Shown here in pieces: positions 24,315 through 34,982 of a stretch of DNA of 64,000 nucleotides. A program made the translations under genes and the position numbers. The notes below the pieces were generated by a model, which saw only the letters and a list, made by a program, of their open reading frames with translations, had not been told where the DNA came from and searched no databases. Where the stretch lies: contig NZ_JAXHMV010000002.1 of NCBI RefSeq assembly GCF_034521165.1, positions 197,467 through 261,466 on the forward strand. The letters run 5' to 3'. Source of the DNA: Thiohalophilus sp. (GTDB lineage Bacteria; Pseudomonadota; Gammaproteobacteria; UBA6429; Thiohalophilaceae). How positions within the stretch are numbered: position 1 is the first letter of the stretch; each line of letters opens with the position of its first letter.

Positions 24315-24437
24315 AAGCTTAACCACGAAGACACCAAGACACGAAGGAGACCAGTCAATTCACTTCGTATCTTCGCGTCTTCGTGGTGAGATTTTGTGCT
24401 GTTTTCCTCGTAACTCGTCCCTCGGCCCTCGTCCCTG
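24315..24437. repeat. palindromic low-complexity intergenic element, copy C (homologous to copy B)
   Basis: The inner arms are ACCACGAAGACACCAAGACACGAAGG / CTTCGTATCTTCGCGTCTTCGTGGT. The right flank GGTGAGATTTT...TTTTCCTCGTAACTCGTCCCTCGGCCCTCGTCCCTG is collinear with the right side of copy B. Confidence 0.6.
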
Positions 24438-24494
24438 CCTGAAAATTTGGGATAAAATGGCCATTTAACTCCATCACATAACAAAGCGAAAATT

Positions 24495-26198
24495 ATGCGT
24501 AGCTCCCGTCTGTTGCTCTCCACCCTGAAGGAAACCCCGGCCGACGCCGAAATCATCAGTCACCAGCTGATGCTGCGCGCGGGGATGATTCGCAAACTCG
24601 CCGCCGGGCTCTATACCTGGCTGCCCATGGGGCTGCGGGTGCTGCGCAAGGTGGAGAATATCATCCGCGAAGAGATGGACCGTGCCGGTGCCCAGGAGGT
24701 GCTGATGCCGGCGGTGCAACCGGCCGAGCTGTGGGAAGAGTCGGGCCGCTGGGAACAGTACGGGCCGGAACTGCTGCGACTGGCCGATCGCCACGGGCGC
24801 GACTTCTGTTTCGGCCCGACCCACGAGGAGGTCATCACCGATCTGATCCGGCGCGAAATCCGCAGCTACAAGCAGCTGCCGACCAATCTCTATCAGATCC
24901 AGACCAAGTTTCGCGATGAGATCCGCCCCCGCTTCGGGGTGATGCGGGCCCGCGAGTTTCTGATGAAAGACGCCTACTCCTTTCATCTGGACGATGCCTC
25001 GCTGGATGAAACCTACCACCGCATGCACGACACCTATTGCCGTATTTTTTCACGCCTGGGGCTCGACTACCGCCCGGTCCAGGCCGACACCGGCTCCATC
25101 GGTGGCAAGCTCTCCCATGAATTCCATGTGCTGGCCGACTCGGGGGAAGATGCCATCGCCTTCAGCAGCGACAGCGACTACGCCGCCAATGTGGAACTGG
25201 CACCCACACAGCCGGTCAGTGACAGCCTGCCGCCCGCCGGCGCCACGATGCAGCGCGTGGATACGCCCGGCCAGCACACCATCGAACAGCTGGCCGCGTT
25301 CCTCGATGTGCCCGCCAGCCAGTGCCTCAAAACCCTGCTGGTGGTCGATGCCGGGGAACAGGTTCATGCCCTGATTCTGCGCGGCGATCACGAACTGAAT
25401 ATGCTCAAGGTGGAAAAGCTCGAAGGCATTACCCCGCCGCTGCGTTTCGCCAGTGACGCGGAAGTCAAACAGGCCTGCGGCTGCGAGCCCGGGTCCATCG
25501 GGCCGGTGGGTCTGGAAGTTCCCTTGCAGGTGGATCACGGCGCCCTGATCGCCGACTTTGTCTGCGGCGCCAATCAACCGGACCAACACCTGACCGGTGT
25601 CAACTGGGGGCGCGATCTGCCGCAACCGGCCACGGTCGACATCCGCAATGCGATCGAGGGCGACCCTTCCCCCGATGGCCAGGGAACGCTCTCGATCAAG
25701 CGCGGCATCGAGGTCGGGCATATCTTCCAGCTGGGCGATAAATACAGCGATGCCATGAAGGCCACCGTGCTGGATGAAAACGGTCACTCGGTGGTGATGA
25801 CCATGGGCTGTTACGGCATCGGCGTCTCGCGGGTGGTCGCCGCCGCCATCGAACAGAACCACGATGAGCGCGGTATCATCTGGCCCGACGCCATCGCGCC
25901 CTGGCAGGTAGCGATCCTGCCGCTGAACATGCACAAGTCGCAACGACTGCGCGACACCGCCGAACAGCTGTATACAAACTTACAGCAGGCCGGTATCGAT
26001 GTATTGCTGGACGATCGCAAGGAACGCCCCGGGGTCATGTTCGCTGACATGGAGTTGATCGGCATCCCGCATCGCATTGTCATCGGCGATCGCAGCCTGG
26101 ACAAAGGGGTCGTGGAATACAAAACCCGCCGCGAGACCGACGCGCAGGAAATCCCGGTCGATCAGATCATCGACCATATCCGGCAACAGCTGCAATAA
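24495..26198 (+). CDS. proS: proline--tRNA ligase
   Basis: This is a 567-aa bacterial-type class II ProRS with an inserted editing domain. Confidence 0.97.
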   Translation: MRSSRLLLSTLKETPADAEIISHQLMLRAGMIRKLAAGLYTWLPMGLRVLRKVENIIREEMDRAGAQEVLMPAVQPAELWEESGRWEQYGPELLRLADRHGRDFCFGPTHEEVITDLIRREIRSYKQLPTNLYQIQTKFRDEIRPRFGVMRAREFLMKDAYSFHLDDASLDETYHRMHDTYCRIFSRLGLDYRPVQADTGSIGGKLSHEFHVLADSGEDAIAFSSDSDYAANVELAPTQPVSDSLPPAGATMQRVDTPGQHTIEQLAAFLDVPASQCLKTLLVVDAGEQVHALILRGDHELNMLKVEKLEGITPPLRFASDAEVKQACGCEPGSIGPVGLEVPLQVDHGALIADFVCGANQPDQHLTGVNWGRDLPQPATVDIRNAIEGDPSPDGQGTLSIKRGIEVGHIFQLGDKYSDAMKATVLDENGHSVVMTMGCYGIGVSRVVAAAIEQNHDERGIIWPDAIAPWQVAILPLNMHKSQRLRDTAEQLYTNLQQAGIDVLLDDRKERPGVMFADMELIGIPHRIVIGDRSLDKGVVEYKTRRETDAQEIPVDQIIDHIRQQLQ

Positions 26199-26209
26199 CC
26201 CGGGACACC

Positions 26210-26812
26210 GTGATGCGGCCGCTGGCAAAACAAGCATCCTCCCTGATTCGGGCCGCAACGTTATTCCTGTTCGGGGGACTGCTTGTTGGCCCGTCACTGG
26301 CGGCGGAACAGGGCAATGTCGATCCCGAACTGCGCCAGCTGCTACAGCAGGCGATCAACGAAAACGACAGTTTCGAGGATCGGTTCGAGGCGGAAGTCTG
26401 GCTGGTCGACATGTCCCAACGGCTCAAGGCACGAGTGCCCGATCCGCAGCGCCGCCTTTCGCTGCTCAAACAGATTCACTTTGAAGCCAAACGGGCCGGG
26501 CTCTGGCCCGAACTGGTGCTGGCGGTCATCGAGGTGGAAAGCAACTTCGATCGCTTTGCCATCTCCAGCGCCGGCGCCATGGGCCTGATGCAGGTCATGC
26601 CCTTCTGGCTGGACGAAATCGGCCAGCCCGGCGATAACCTGTTCGACATCCGCACCAACCTGCGTATGGGCTGCACCATCCTCAAATACTACCTGGAAAA
26701 GGAAAACGGCAACCTCACCCCCGCCCTCGCCCGCTACAACGGCAGCTACGGCAGCCACCGCTACACCACCAAAATCTACACTGCCCTCGACAACCGCTGG
26801 CGGCGGTACTGA
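26210..26812 (+). CDS. lytic transglycosylase domain-containing protein
   Basis: A signal peptide is present, along with the SLT catalytic motif EVESNFDRFAISSAGAMGLMQV. Confidence 0.85.
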   Translation: MMRPLAKQASSLIRAATLFLFGGLLVGPSLAAEQGNVDPELRQLLQQAINENDSFEDRFEAEVWLVDMSQRLKARVPDPQRRLSLLKQIHFEAKRAGLWPELVLAVIEVESNFDRFAISSAGAMGLMQVMPFWLDEIGQPGDNLFDIRTNLRMGCTILKYYLEKENGNLTPALARYNGSYGSHRYTTKIYTALDNRWRRY

Positions 26813-26841
26813 CAAAGCAATAATCTCTTCTCACAGTCGCT

Positions 26842-27019
26842 GGAAACAACGCAAAGAACGCAAAGGCGCAGAGTTCGCAAAGGACAAGAATAAAAATCAA
26901 GTTGCGTAAATTTTTTCAAAACGTTTGTATTGCAATAAACCCAGGCCACCTGTCCGATTGCTTCACAACAATAATTTATTCCTTTGTGTTCTTTGCGTCT
27001 CTGCGTCCTCCGCGTTTCC
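26842..27019. repeat. palindromic low-complexity intergenic element, copy D
   Basis: The arms are GGAAACAACGCAAAGAACGCAAAGGCGCAGAGTTCGCAAAGG / CCTTTGTGTTCTTTGCGTCTCTGCGTCCTCCGCGTTTCC, around a ~90-nt AT-rich core. Confidence 0.6.
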
Positions 27020-27054
27020 TTCCAGAGAACCTGAAAAGTGTTTGTTACAGCGTT

Positions 27055-27324
27055 CTATTCAGTGGTGAAATGTGATGGCGGCGGGGTGTCGACGGTTTCG
27101 CAGTCGACCTGGTCAACCTGGGCCATGGGCGAGCCTTCCCACAGCCAGTCGCAGAGCTGGCGGACTCTGGCGTCGGAGCCGCAGGCGAGGACTTCCACCG
27201 AGCCGTCGTCCCGGTTACGGACGTAACCGGTCAGGCCCAGGCGTTGCGCTTCGTGGCGGGTGCTGTCGCGGAAGAACACCCCCTGCACCCGGCCCGTGAC
27301 CCGACACTGGCGACAGAGATTCAT
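27055..27324 (-). CDS. acyP: acylphosphatase
   Basis: The 89-aa product has the signatures [11 protein letters not shown] and [12 protein letters not shown]. Its ATG overlaps the stop of the upstream MFP gene (ATGA). Confidence 0.9.
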   Translation of the reverse strand: MNLCRQCRVTGRVQGVFFRDSTRHEAQRLGLTGYVRNRDDGSVEVLACGSDARVRQLCDWLWEGSPMAQVDQVDCETVDTPPPSHFTTE

Positions 27325-28079
27325 GGCAGTTCGATGCTGGCGGTTTGCCCGACCCGGTAACGCTGGTCTTCCAGCGGGAAGCTGACCGCCACGGCATACC
27401 GTTCCGTGCCCTCGACCGGTTCCAGGCCGATACTCTTGATTTGGCCGGTATGCCGGCGACCCGCGATGTTCACCGCCGCTTCCTGACCCACTTCGAGGGA
27501 GCGAGTCTGTGCTTCGGTGAGTTCGGCACGGGCAACCATGGAATTGGCATCGGCCACGGTAACCAGTGTCAGCGGTTGCAGATCATTGATCACTGTCTGA
27601 CCCTGTTCGGCAAAGACGCTGATCACCAGGGCATCAAACGGAGAACGCACCGCGCTGTATTCCAGGTTCAACCGGGCCTGCACCAGTGCCGCGCGGGCCG
27701 CGGCATAATCCGCCTCGGCCTGCTTGGCGTCGTTTAACGCCATTTGCAGCTCATGATCCGATAACACGGTACGGTCATACAGTTCCTCGGCGCGATCCCG
27801 CTCGCGGCGAGCTTCCGCGCGCACGGCCTTGAGACTCTCCAGTCGGCTACGGGCCTTGCTCACATCGGCCCTGAAGCCCCGATCGTCCAGTTGCACCAGC
27901 ACGGCACCGGCCTTCACCCGTTGCCCGGCCTGCGCGGTCACCTCGCTGATCACGCCCTGTACCGGCGTGCCCAGTTCAACGCGCCGCTCCCATTCCAGCC
28001 GGGCATCGTACTCGGCTGCTGCAGCGTGGCCGCTGAGCAGCAATAACGTCGCCGCCACGAATTTAATTTGCCTGTTCAT
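27321..28079 (-). CDS. short periplasmic adaptor (HlyD/membrane-fusion protein family)
   Basis: A signal peptide (start reassigned to [22 protein letters not shown]) is followed by a lipoyl-like beta-hybrid, an alpha-hairpin coiled coil and a beta-barrel. The protein is only ~252 aa, so the membrane-proximal domain seems absent. Confidence 0.78.
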   Translation of the reverse strand: MNRQIKFVAATLLLLSGHAAAAEYDARLEWERRVELGTPVQGVISEVTAQAGQRVKAGAVLVQLDDRGFRADVSKARSRLESLKAVRAEARRERDRAEELYDRTVLSDHELQMALNDAKQAEADYAAARAALVQARLNLEYSAVRSPFDALVISVFAEQGQTVINDLQPLTLVTVADANSMVARAELTEAQTRSLEVGQEAAVNIAGRRHTGQIKSIGLEPVEGTERYAVAVSFPLEDQRYRVGQTASIELP

Positions 28080-29430
28080 TGCTCTCTTCCTTTTGCGTCG
28101 TATTCTGCGGAGGCACAAAGGGTTGTTCGACATCCAGCCGGCCCAGCAAGGCATTCAGCCGAGCCCAGGCCAGGGCGGTCTCATAATCGCTTTCGGCGGT
28201 GTTCCGTTCCGCTTCGGTATAACGCACCATGGAATCACCCAGATCCGCTCTGACTTCCAGCTCGTAAAGAGCACGACTGCGATCCAGATAAAGTTCGCGA
28301 TAACGTTTTTCGCTCTGGCGCTGCTCGCGTCGGGCCTTGAGCGAATCCAGTTGCAACCACAGCTCCAGCACCTGCTGGCGGACATCGCGTTCCGCCCGTG
28401 TCAGCATCGCCCGCGTTTCGAACAGGCGAGCCTTTTCGCGCGCCACGCCGGCATCGGTACGGCTGCCATCGTACAGCGGGATAGTCACTTGCAGTTCGGC
28501 ACGAAAATCGTCGTAACTGTTGCGCTCCCGGGAATAGGCGCCGGCCTGCAACTTGCCACTGACAGTCGGATTATCACCAGCGCGGGCCCCTTCGACCCGC
28601 GCGTGCGCGGCTTCAAGCCGTTCCCGCAGCGATTTCACCACCGGGTTTTCCTGCAGTGCCAGCGCTTGCAGCTGTTCCACTTCCGGCAGCTCCCGTTCGA
28701 TGTCCGGCAAGGCAGGGGGGACCACATTGCGGGGTAACTGGCCGGGCCGGTTCAGTGCCTGCGCCAGTCGGGCCCGGGTCTCACGCTGGCGGTTCTGGGC
28801 CCGGGAACGCCGGTAACGGGAACGCTGAAAAACCGCTTCCTGCTCCAGCAGTTCCAGATCGGAGATTTGCTTGAGCTCGTGCCGATCGCGCAACTTGTCC
28901 AGCTCGACAAACTCGACCGCCATCTCCTCGTTATAGCGGTAGTACTGCAAGTCGGCCAGCACCACATCAAAATAGCGCTGCATGATCGCCAGGCGCCGTT
29001 GCTGGCGCGTGTTGACGCGCAGAAGTTTGTGACTGTCGAGTTGTCGGGCTGCGGCAGCACTGGCCGAGCGGGTTCGACCGAAGTCGTAGAGCGTTTTATC
29101 GACATTCAGCAACAGGCGATGATCATCGTTACTTTGATTGAAGGCGTAATCGGGCGGTTCCACATGGGCCAGCGCGCCATCGACATAGACATCCAGATCG
29201 TCCCCGGCACGGGCTCCCTGCAGTTCCGCCTCGGCCACCTGGATGCGCGCCTCCGCGATTTGCAGATCGGGATGCGGTTCATCGGCCAGCGCCAGGGCCT
29301 TGTCGAGCGTCAGCGGCTCCGGCAACGGTTCGGGTTTTTCATCGCTCTGCTGCGCATAACCGCTCGTCATGCCCAACAGCAGCAGGCCGCACAACCAGGC
29401 GTGCGGGCGAAACACGATTGCTCGATTCAT
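28063..29430 (-). CDS. TolC family outer-membrane efflux protein
   Basis: The 455-aa product has a signal peptide and two OEP-type coiled-coil/barrel repeats. Its end overlaps the MFP start by 17 nt. Confidence 0.85.
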   Translation of the reverse strand: MNRAIVFRPHAWLCGLLLLGMTSGYAQQSDEKPEPLPEPLTLDKALALADEPHPDLQIAEARIQVAEAELQGARAGDDLDVYVDGALAHVEPPDYAFNQSNDDHRLLLNVDKTLYDFGRTRSASAAAARQLDSHKLLRVNTRQQRRLAIMQRYFDVVLADLQYYRYNEEMAVEFVELDKLRDRHELKQISDLELLEQEAVFQRSRYRRSRAQNRQRETRARLAQALNRPGQLPRNVVPPALPDIERELPEVEQLQALALQENPVVKSLRERLEAAHARVEGARAGDNPTVSGKLQAGAYSRERNSYDDFRAELQVTIPLYDGSRTDAGVAREKARLFETRAMLTRAERDVRQQVLELWLQLDSLKARREQRQSEKRYRELYLDRSRALYELEVRADLGDSMVRYTEAERNTAESDYETALAWARLNALLGRLDVEQPFVPPQNTTQKEESNEQAN

Positions 29431-29439
29431 GTCGTAAGA

Positions 29440-29970
29440 TTATTCTTTTCGTTTTTCACGTTTGTAACGGGTAAACGACATATCCTTGTAGATTCCGTTG
29501 GCAACGTATTCACCCATCCACATAAATTCTTCCACGCCGGACGTCTTGCCGGTATGCCGGTGTATCCGCTCGCCTTCGAGATTATAGAAAGCAAAGACCG
29601 GCGTGGCCCGCACGCGATTTTCCTTGAACGCGAAATCCTTCTGCTTTTTCTGTTCGCCCTGCAGGTTGGTAATCTCGACATCCCCTTCGATATCCACGGA
29701 GAAGTTCAGAAAATGCTCACGATAGTATTCCTGGACTTTCTGACGATTGAGGACGTTTTCCTTCATGTAGTGGCAAAAGGGGCACTCGTCCATCTCAAAA
29801 AAGATAAGTACGCCTTTTTTACCCTGCTCCCGGGCATTTTCCAGCTCTTCCTGATAATCGCCCCAGGTTTCATGGAAAAAATGCTTATAGGGATCGCGGG
29901 TTTCCGCGGCCAGCGTCGCCGTACCCAGCGCCAGCAGCAATACGAAAATAGAGCCAAACAGTTTACGCAT
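29440..29970 (-). CDS. periplasmic thioredoxin-fold protein (CPFC motif)
   Basis: A signal peptide is present. The redox motif ECPFCH lies in a thioredoxin-like context (VLIFFEMDECPFCHYM). Confidence 0.75.
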   Translation of the reverse strand: MRKLFGSIFVLLLALGTATLAAETRDPYKHFFHETWGDYQEELENAREQGKKGVLIFFEMDECPFCHYMKENVLNRQKVQEYYREHFLNFSVDIEGDVEITNLQGEQKKQKDFAFKENRVRATPVFAFYNLEGERIHRHTGKTSGVEEFMWMGEYVANGIYKDMSFTRYKREKRKE

Positions 29971-30253
29971 GAATCACACCATTATGTTTGAAATGCCACA
30001 TCAGTCTGTGACCGTCACAAAACGAAAAAATTCCCGCCAGATAGCAGGGTTGACCGGCTCGGCTATTCTACCGCGTTTCCCCGGCTTTTAAACCCGTTAC
30101 CCTCATCGGATCCACCGCCAGATCGAGCGGCGGCAAATTTTAACACAGCCCTCACAATCGGGCCCGGGAACAGCAACCAGCCGGGCAGTGCGCAGCGAGG
30201 AACCCGTGCAAGAGGGGAAGAACCTGAAAAAGGGGAGAAGAAGAGCAGACAAC

Positions 30254-30280
30254 AAAAAGGGCCCGCGAGGGGCCCTTTTG
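30254..30280 (-). terminator. rho-independent terminator after the LysM gene
   Basis: On the minus strand, GGGCCCCTCGCGGGCCC is followed by TTTTTGTT. It lies 30 nt downstream of the LysM gene stop. Confidence 0.6.
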
Positions 30281-30309
30281 GCAGTTACAAAGAAATTCTG
30301 TAACTTGTT

Positions 30310-30768
30310 TTAGCGTGCCAGGTAGTCGCGATCGGAATCTTCAACCACACCGACAGACCAGCTACCGCGGGTCCGGGCATGACGGACTGCCGCATCGACT
30401 TCCATGCTGGACGGATTGTTATCAATATCCAGAACCTGACCCGGATAGATCAGATCAGCGTCCTCGATCTTGTTACTGTTTTGCTTGTAAATCAGCGGCC
30501 ACTGATAAGGATTGCCGTAGATTTCCGATTTGCCGGAAATGTCCCACAGGTTGTCACCGCGCACCACGGTGTAGTCCGACATATCACCCATATCCGGGCC
30601 AAGCGCACCGGTCTGGGTATCGGCAGGCTGGGTTTCGGGGGCGGTGGTTTCGGCGGGAGCCGCCGGAGCCGGTTCCTGTGCTTCCTCAGTAGTGCCCGCG
30701 CAACCGACAGAAATACTGACCGCAGTGATCAGCAGTCCTGCAAGTTTCAGCGAGTTAACTATTTTCAT
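30310..30768 (-). CDS. LysM peptidoglycan-binding lipoprotein
   Basis: The start was reassigned to MKIVNSLKLAGLL. A lipobox-like SVGCAG is present, with a C-terminal LysM domain (YTVVRGDNLWDISG...YPGQVL). Confidence 0.8.
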   Translation of the reverse strand: MKIVNSLKLAGLLITAVSISVGCAGTTEEAQEPAPAAPAETTAPETQPADTQTGALGPDMGDMSDYTVVRGDNLWDISGKSEIYGNPYQWPLIYKQNSNKIEDADLIYPGQVLDIDNNPSSMEVDAAVRHARTRGSWSVGVVEDSDRDYLAR

Positions 30769-30924
30769 TGTTATGGACTCCAGTTGGTTTTGAATTCGAT
30801 AAAGGGCAATTTGTTCTCTACGTTGCAACCTAGCACTGGCCGTAAATGCCTGTCAAGGCAGCAACTTACAAACCACCCTTGTTCCGGCAAGTTTAGTGAT
30901 TTGGTCGCATATAGCAAGCCAATA

Positions 30925-31242
30925 TCAATCGTTTTGAGGTCTGTTTCCGGTTTTGTCGACGGCTTTTTGCCGGGCCAGCATCGCCTGCTCCTGGGCTTCG
31001 AGTGCGAAATCCCGGGCAATGGGGTAATCCCCCTGTTCCAGTTTGCGCGCGGCCCGATCCAGCAATTTTTCCGCGATCGACAACAGTTCGGGGGCATGCT
31101 CCTGCGCACCGGCATCCCTGGCGGCCTGGATCGTCTGGCGCGCATTGCTCATTTCCTGAACAGGGGCCGAGATGGCACAGCCGGTCAACGCCAGTATCGC
31201 AACATACCAGCCAAAAAAGAGAGACAAAGAGATCAGGCGCAT
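30925..31242 (-). CDS. DUF4398 domain lipoprotein
   Basis: Lipobox LTGCA is followed by a helical ARDAGA...ARKLEQGDY pattern, as in DUF4398. Confidence 0.65.
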   Translation of the reverse strand: MRLISLSLFFGWYVAILALTGCAISAPVQEMSNARQTIQAARDAGAQEHAPELLSIAEKLLDRAARKLEQGDYPIARDFALEAQEQAMLARQKAVDKTGNRPQND

Positions 31243-31362
31243 TAAACCAATTCGGGTAGATACAGGGTCAAACGAATGTATCCCCGCCCCTATAGGCTGT
31301 CAAGACAACAACCGCTAGAATACAAAGCCAGTCAGGCAATCATCAAAGACGCACAAAACGCT

Positions 31363-32318
<956 letters not shown>

Positions 32319-32322
32319 GCTA

Positions 32323-32718
32323 TTGAATATTATTACTTTTTCCCGCTGGCTGACACTGGGCGCCTATTTTGCCCTGCTGATCCTGCTGATGCTGTGGCAA
32401 ACCGTGCTGGCGCCCCCGCAACTGCTGCCGATTTCGCTGGTGCTGCTGTTGCTGGTCGGCCCGCTGTTGTTCCCGTTGCGCGGCCTGCTTCATGGCCGGC
32501 CCTACACCCACGCCTGGACCAGTTTTCTGGTGCTGATCTATTTCATACACGGGACGGTGGAAGCCTGGAGCAGTCCGGACGTGCGCCTGTATGCCGGCCT
32601 GGAAATCCTGTTCAGCGTGCTTCTTTATACTGGCGCCCTGCTCTATGCGCGCTACCGCGGACGCCAGCTCAGGCTGGAGACTGACGGGTCAGATACGCCC
32701 GGACAAAGGGAATCGTAA
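32323..32718 (+). CDS. DUF2069 membrane protein
   Basis: The 131-aa product has four TM segments. It sits after wrbA, as in many gammaproteobacteria. Confidence 0.65.
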   Translation: MNIITFSRWLTLGAYFALLILLMLWQTVLAPPQLLPISLVLLLLVGPLLFPLRGLLHGRPYTHAWTSFLVLIYFIHGTVEAWSSPDVRLYAGLEILFSVLLYTGALLYARYRGRQLRLETDGSDTPGQRES

Positions 32719-33358
32719 GCCGGCGCTGGGCGGCCAGCGACGCCTCGTCCAGCCCATCCAGCAGGGCGAACAACGAGTTCATATCCCGCGGGCAGCGGCT
32801 CATCAGATAGGCGGCCACCTCATCATCCAGGCTCAGCCCCCGGGCCGCGGCACGCTGTTGCAGCGCCTGACGCTTGGCCGCATCGCCCAGCGGTTGCAAC
32901 TGAAACACCGGCCCCCAGCCCAGGCGCGAGCGCAGATCGGGCAGCTGGATCCCCAGCGCCGTCGGCGAGCCCGTGGCGGTCACCAGCAATTGATGGCCGG
33001 CGGCGGTCAGGCGGTTATAGACATGAAACAGCGCCGTCTCCCAGGCCGGATCGCCGGCCACCGCCTCGAGATCGTCCAGACAGAGCCGATCGAACTGCTC
33101 CATGCCTTCCAGCATGGCCGGTTCCAGGCCGGGTTCGGCCAGCGGCAGATAGGCGGCCCGCTGATTCTGCGCCGCCGCCTGATGGCAGACCGCCTGCAGC
33201 AGATGCGATTTGCCGGTACCGGCGGCGCCCCACAGATAGATCGAGGGGGCCTCGGCCGTGTGCAGGGCATCCAGTACCCGCTCGTTGCCGACGGGCAGAA
33301 AATTCTCGAACGTGGCCGTATCCTGCAGCCGCACGCCTAACGGGAGCTGCCGGATCAT
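32669..33358 (-). CDS. hda: DnaA regulatory inactivator Hda
   Basis: This 229-aa AAA+ protein resembles DnaA domain III. It has Walker A GAAGTGKSHLLQA and the N-terminal clamp-binding-type QLPLGV. Confidence 0.9.
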   Translation of the reverse strand: MIRQLPLGVRLQDTATFENFLPVGNERVLDALHTAEAPSIYLWGAAGTGKSHLLQAVCHQAAAQNQRAAYLPLAEPGLEPAMLEGMEQFDRLCLDDLEAVAGDPAWETALFHVYNRLTAAGHQLLVTATGSPTALGIQLPDLRSRLGWGPVFQLQPLGDAAKRQALQQRAAARGLSLDDEVAAYLMSRCPRDMNSLFALLDGLDEASLAAQRRLTIPFVRAYLTRQSPA

Positions 33359-34422
33359 GCCGACTCCGAGTCGTCCGTGTAGAGATCGCTTTGCCGGTAC
33401 TGCTCGTGGGCATAGCGCAACAGCACCATCGCCACCGCCGCCACCGGCAGCGCCAGCAGCACCCCGATAAAGCCGAACAACTGACCACCGGCCAGCACCG
33501 CGAAAATCACCGCCACCGGGTGCATGCCGATGCGATCACCCACCAGCAACGGAGTCAGTACGGTTCCCTCCAGCAACTGGCCAATGCCAAAGACGAGGCC
33601 GACAAAGACCAGATAGAGCGGATCGTGGAACTGCAACAGGGCGGCGATCAACGCGGCCAGTACGCCGACGATAGTGCCCAGATAGGGTACAAAGCTGATC
33701 AGGCCCGCCACCAGACCGATCAGCAGGGCGAAATCCAGCCCGATAATCGACAATCCCACCGAATAGATTAACCCCAGCGCCAGCATCACCAGCAACTGGC
33801 CGCGCAGGAAGGCGCCCAGCACCTCATCTGCCTGGCGCGCCAGACGGACGATGATCGCTTCGCTGCGGCGCGGCAGCAGGACGTGCAGCCGCTCGATCAC
33901 CTTGTCCCAGTCGCGCAGCAGGTAGAAAGTCACCACCACCGCCACCATCAGGTTGGCGATCCAGCCGACCAGCGCCAGTCCCGAGCGGGAAACCTGCGCC
34001 AGCATCTCACGGGCCAACCCGCCTGCCTGTTGCCAGTGCTGCTGGACCGCGTTTTTCAGGGTCGCCAGATCCAGGGTCGTCTCGGTCATGCCCAGCCGGG
34101 CCGTCAGCCAGGGCAGGCCCTCGGCCTGCAGCCAGTCGATATAGCGGGGCAATTTCTGCACCAGCACCCGAACCTGCTCCTCAATGAGCGGGATCAGCAC
34201 CAGCAGCAACAACAGCGCCACTATAATGAAGATTATAAATACCAGCACCACCGCCAGGGTGCGCGGCAGTTTCCAGCCCTGCAGCCGATCCACCAGCGGA
34301 TCGGCCACATAGGCCAGTATCGCCGCGCCGATAAACGGCACCAGCACCGGCCCCAGCAGATAGAGCACCGTTCCGGTCAGGGCGATCGCCCCCAGCACCC
34401 ACCATCGTTGTTGTACGCTCAT
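33355..34422 (-). CDS. AI-2E family transporter (PerM-like)
   Basis: This is a multi-TM protein of 355 aa. The start was reassigned to MSVQQRWWVLG. The upstream part of the 550-aa ORF overlaps the next gene in another frame. Confidence 0.85.
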   Translation of the reverse strand: MSVQQRWWVLGAIALTGTVLYLLGPVLVPFIGAAILAYVADPLVDRLQGWKLPRTLAVVLVFIIFIIVALLLLLVLIPLIEEQVRVLVQKLPRYIDWLQAEGLPWLTARLGMTETTLDLATLKNAVQQHWQQAGGLAREMLAQVSRSGLALVGWIANLMVAVVVTFYLLRDWDKVIERLHVLLPRRSEAIIVRLARQADEVLGAFLRGQLLVMLALGLIYSVGLSIIGLDFALLIGLVAGLISFVPYLGTIVGVLAALIAALLQFHDPLYLVFVGLVFGIGQLLEGTVLTPLLVGDRIGMHPVAVIFAVLAGGQLFGFIGVLLALPVAAVAMVLLRYAHEQYRQSDLYTDDSESA

Positions 34423-34982
34423 GTGCGTCTCCTTGTCGGCCACTGCTGCCAGGCCCGATAACCCCACAGGGCCACGTAGCTGGCCCCGCTCATGACGGTG
34501 GTGATGAACACCAGATACATGAGTCCCTTGACCAGCATGGGCAGATCCAGCCAGCCGGCCAGGGACAGAATCACCAGCAGCACCAGCACAATCTGCAAGC
34601 CGGTATTGAGCTTGCTGATTAACAGCGGCTGCGCCGTCACGTTGGCGATCAGCCAGCGATACGACAGGGTCCCGAGCACGATGATCACATCCCGGGCGAT
34701 CACCGTGCCCACCAGCCAGCCCGGCAAGGCGCCGATCCAGCCCAGGGTCAGATACCCGCAGACCATCAGCAGCTTGTCGCCCAGCGGATCGAGAAACCCG
34801 CCCAGGCGGGTAATCCAGTGATAGCGTCGGGCCAGATAGCCGTCCAGCCCGTCCGACAGCCCCGCAACCAGAAACAGGATCAATGCCGTGGTATAGGCAC
34901 CCTGCAACAGGCTCCAGACCACCGGCGCCACCAGCAGGATACGCAGCAGACTGATCAGATTGGGCAGCTGGCGCAGATTCAC
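34419..34982 (-). CDS. CDP-alcohol phosphatidyltransferase family protein
   Basis: The motif DGLDGYLARRYHWITRLGGFLDPLGDK is present. ATGA-type overlaps link it to both neighbouring genes. Confidence 0.8.
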   Translation of the reverse strand: MNLRQLPNLISLLRILLVAPVVWSLLQGAYTTALILFLVAGLSDGLDGYLARRYHWITRLGGFLDPLGDKLLMVCGYLTLGWIGALPGWLVGTVIARDVIIVLGTLSYRWLIANVTAQPLLISKLNTGLQIVLVLLVILSLAGWLDLPMLVKGLMYLVFITTVMSGASYVALWGYRAWQQWPTRRRT

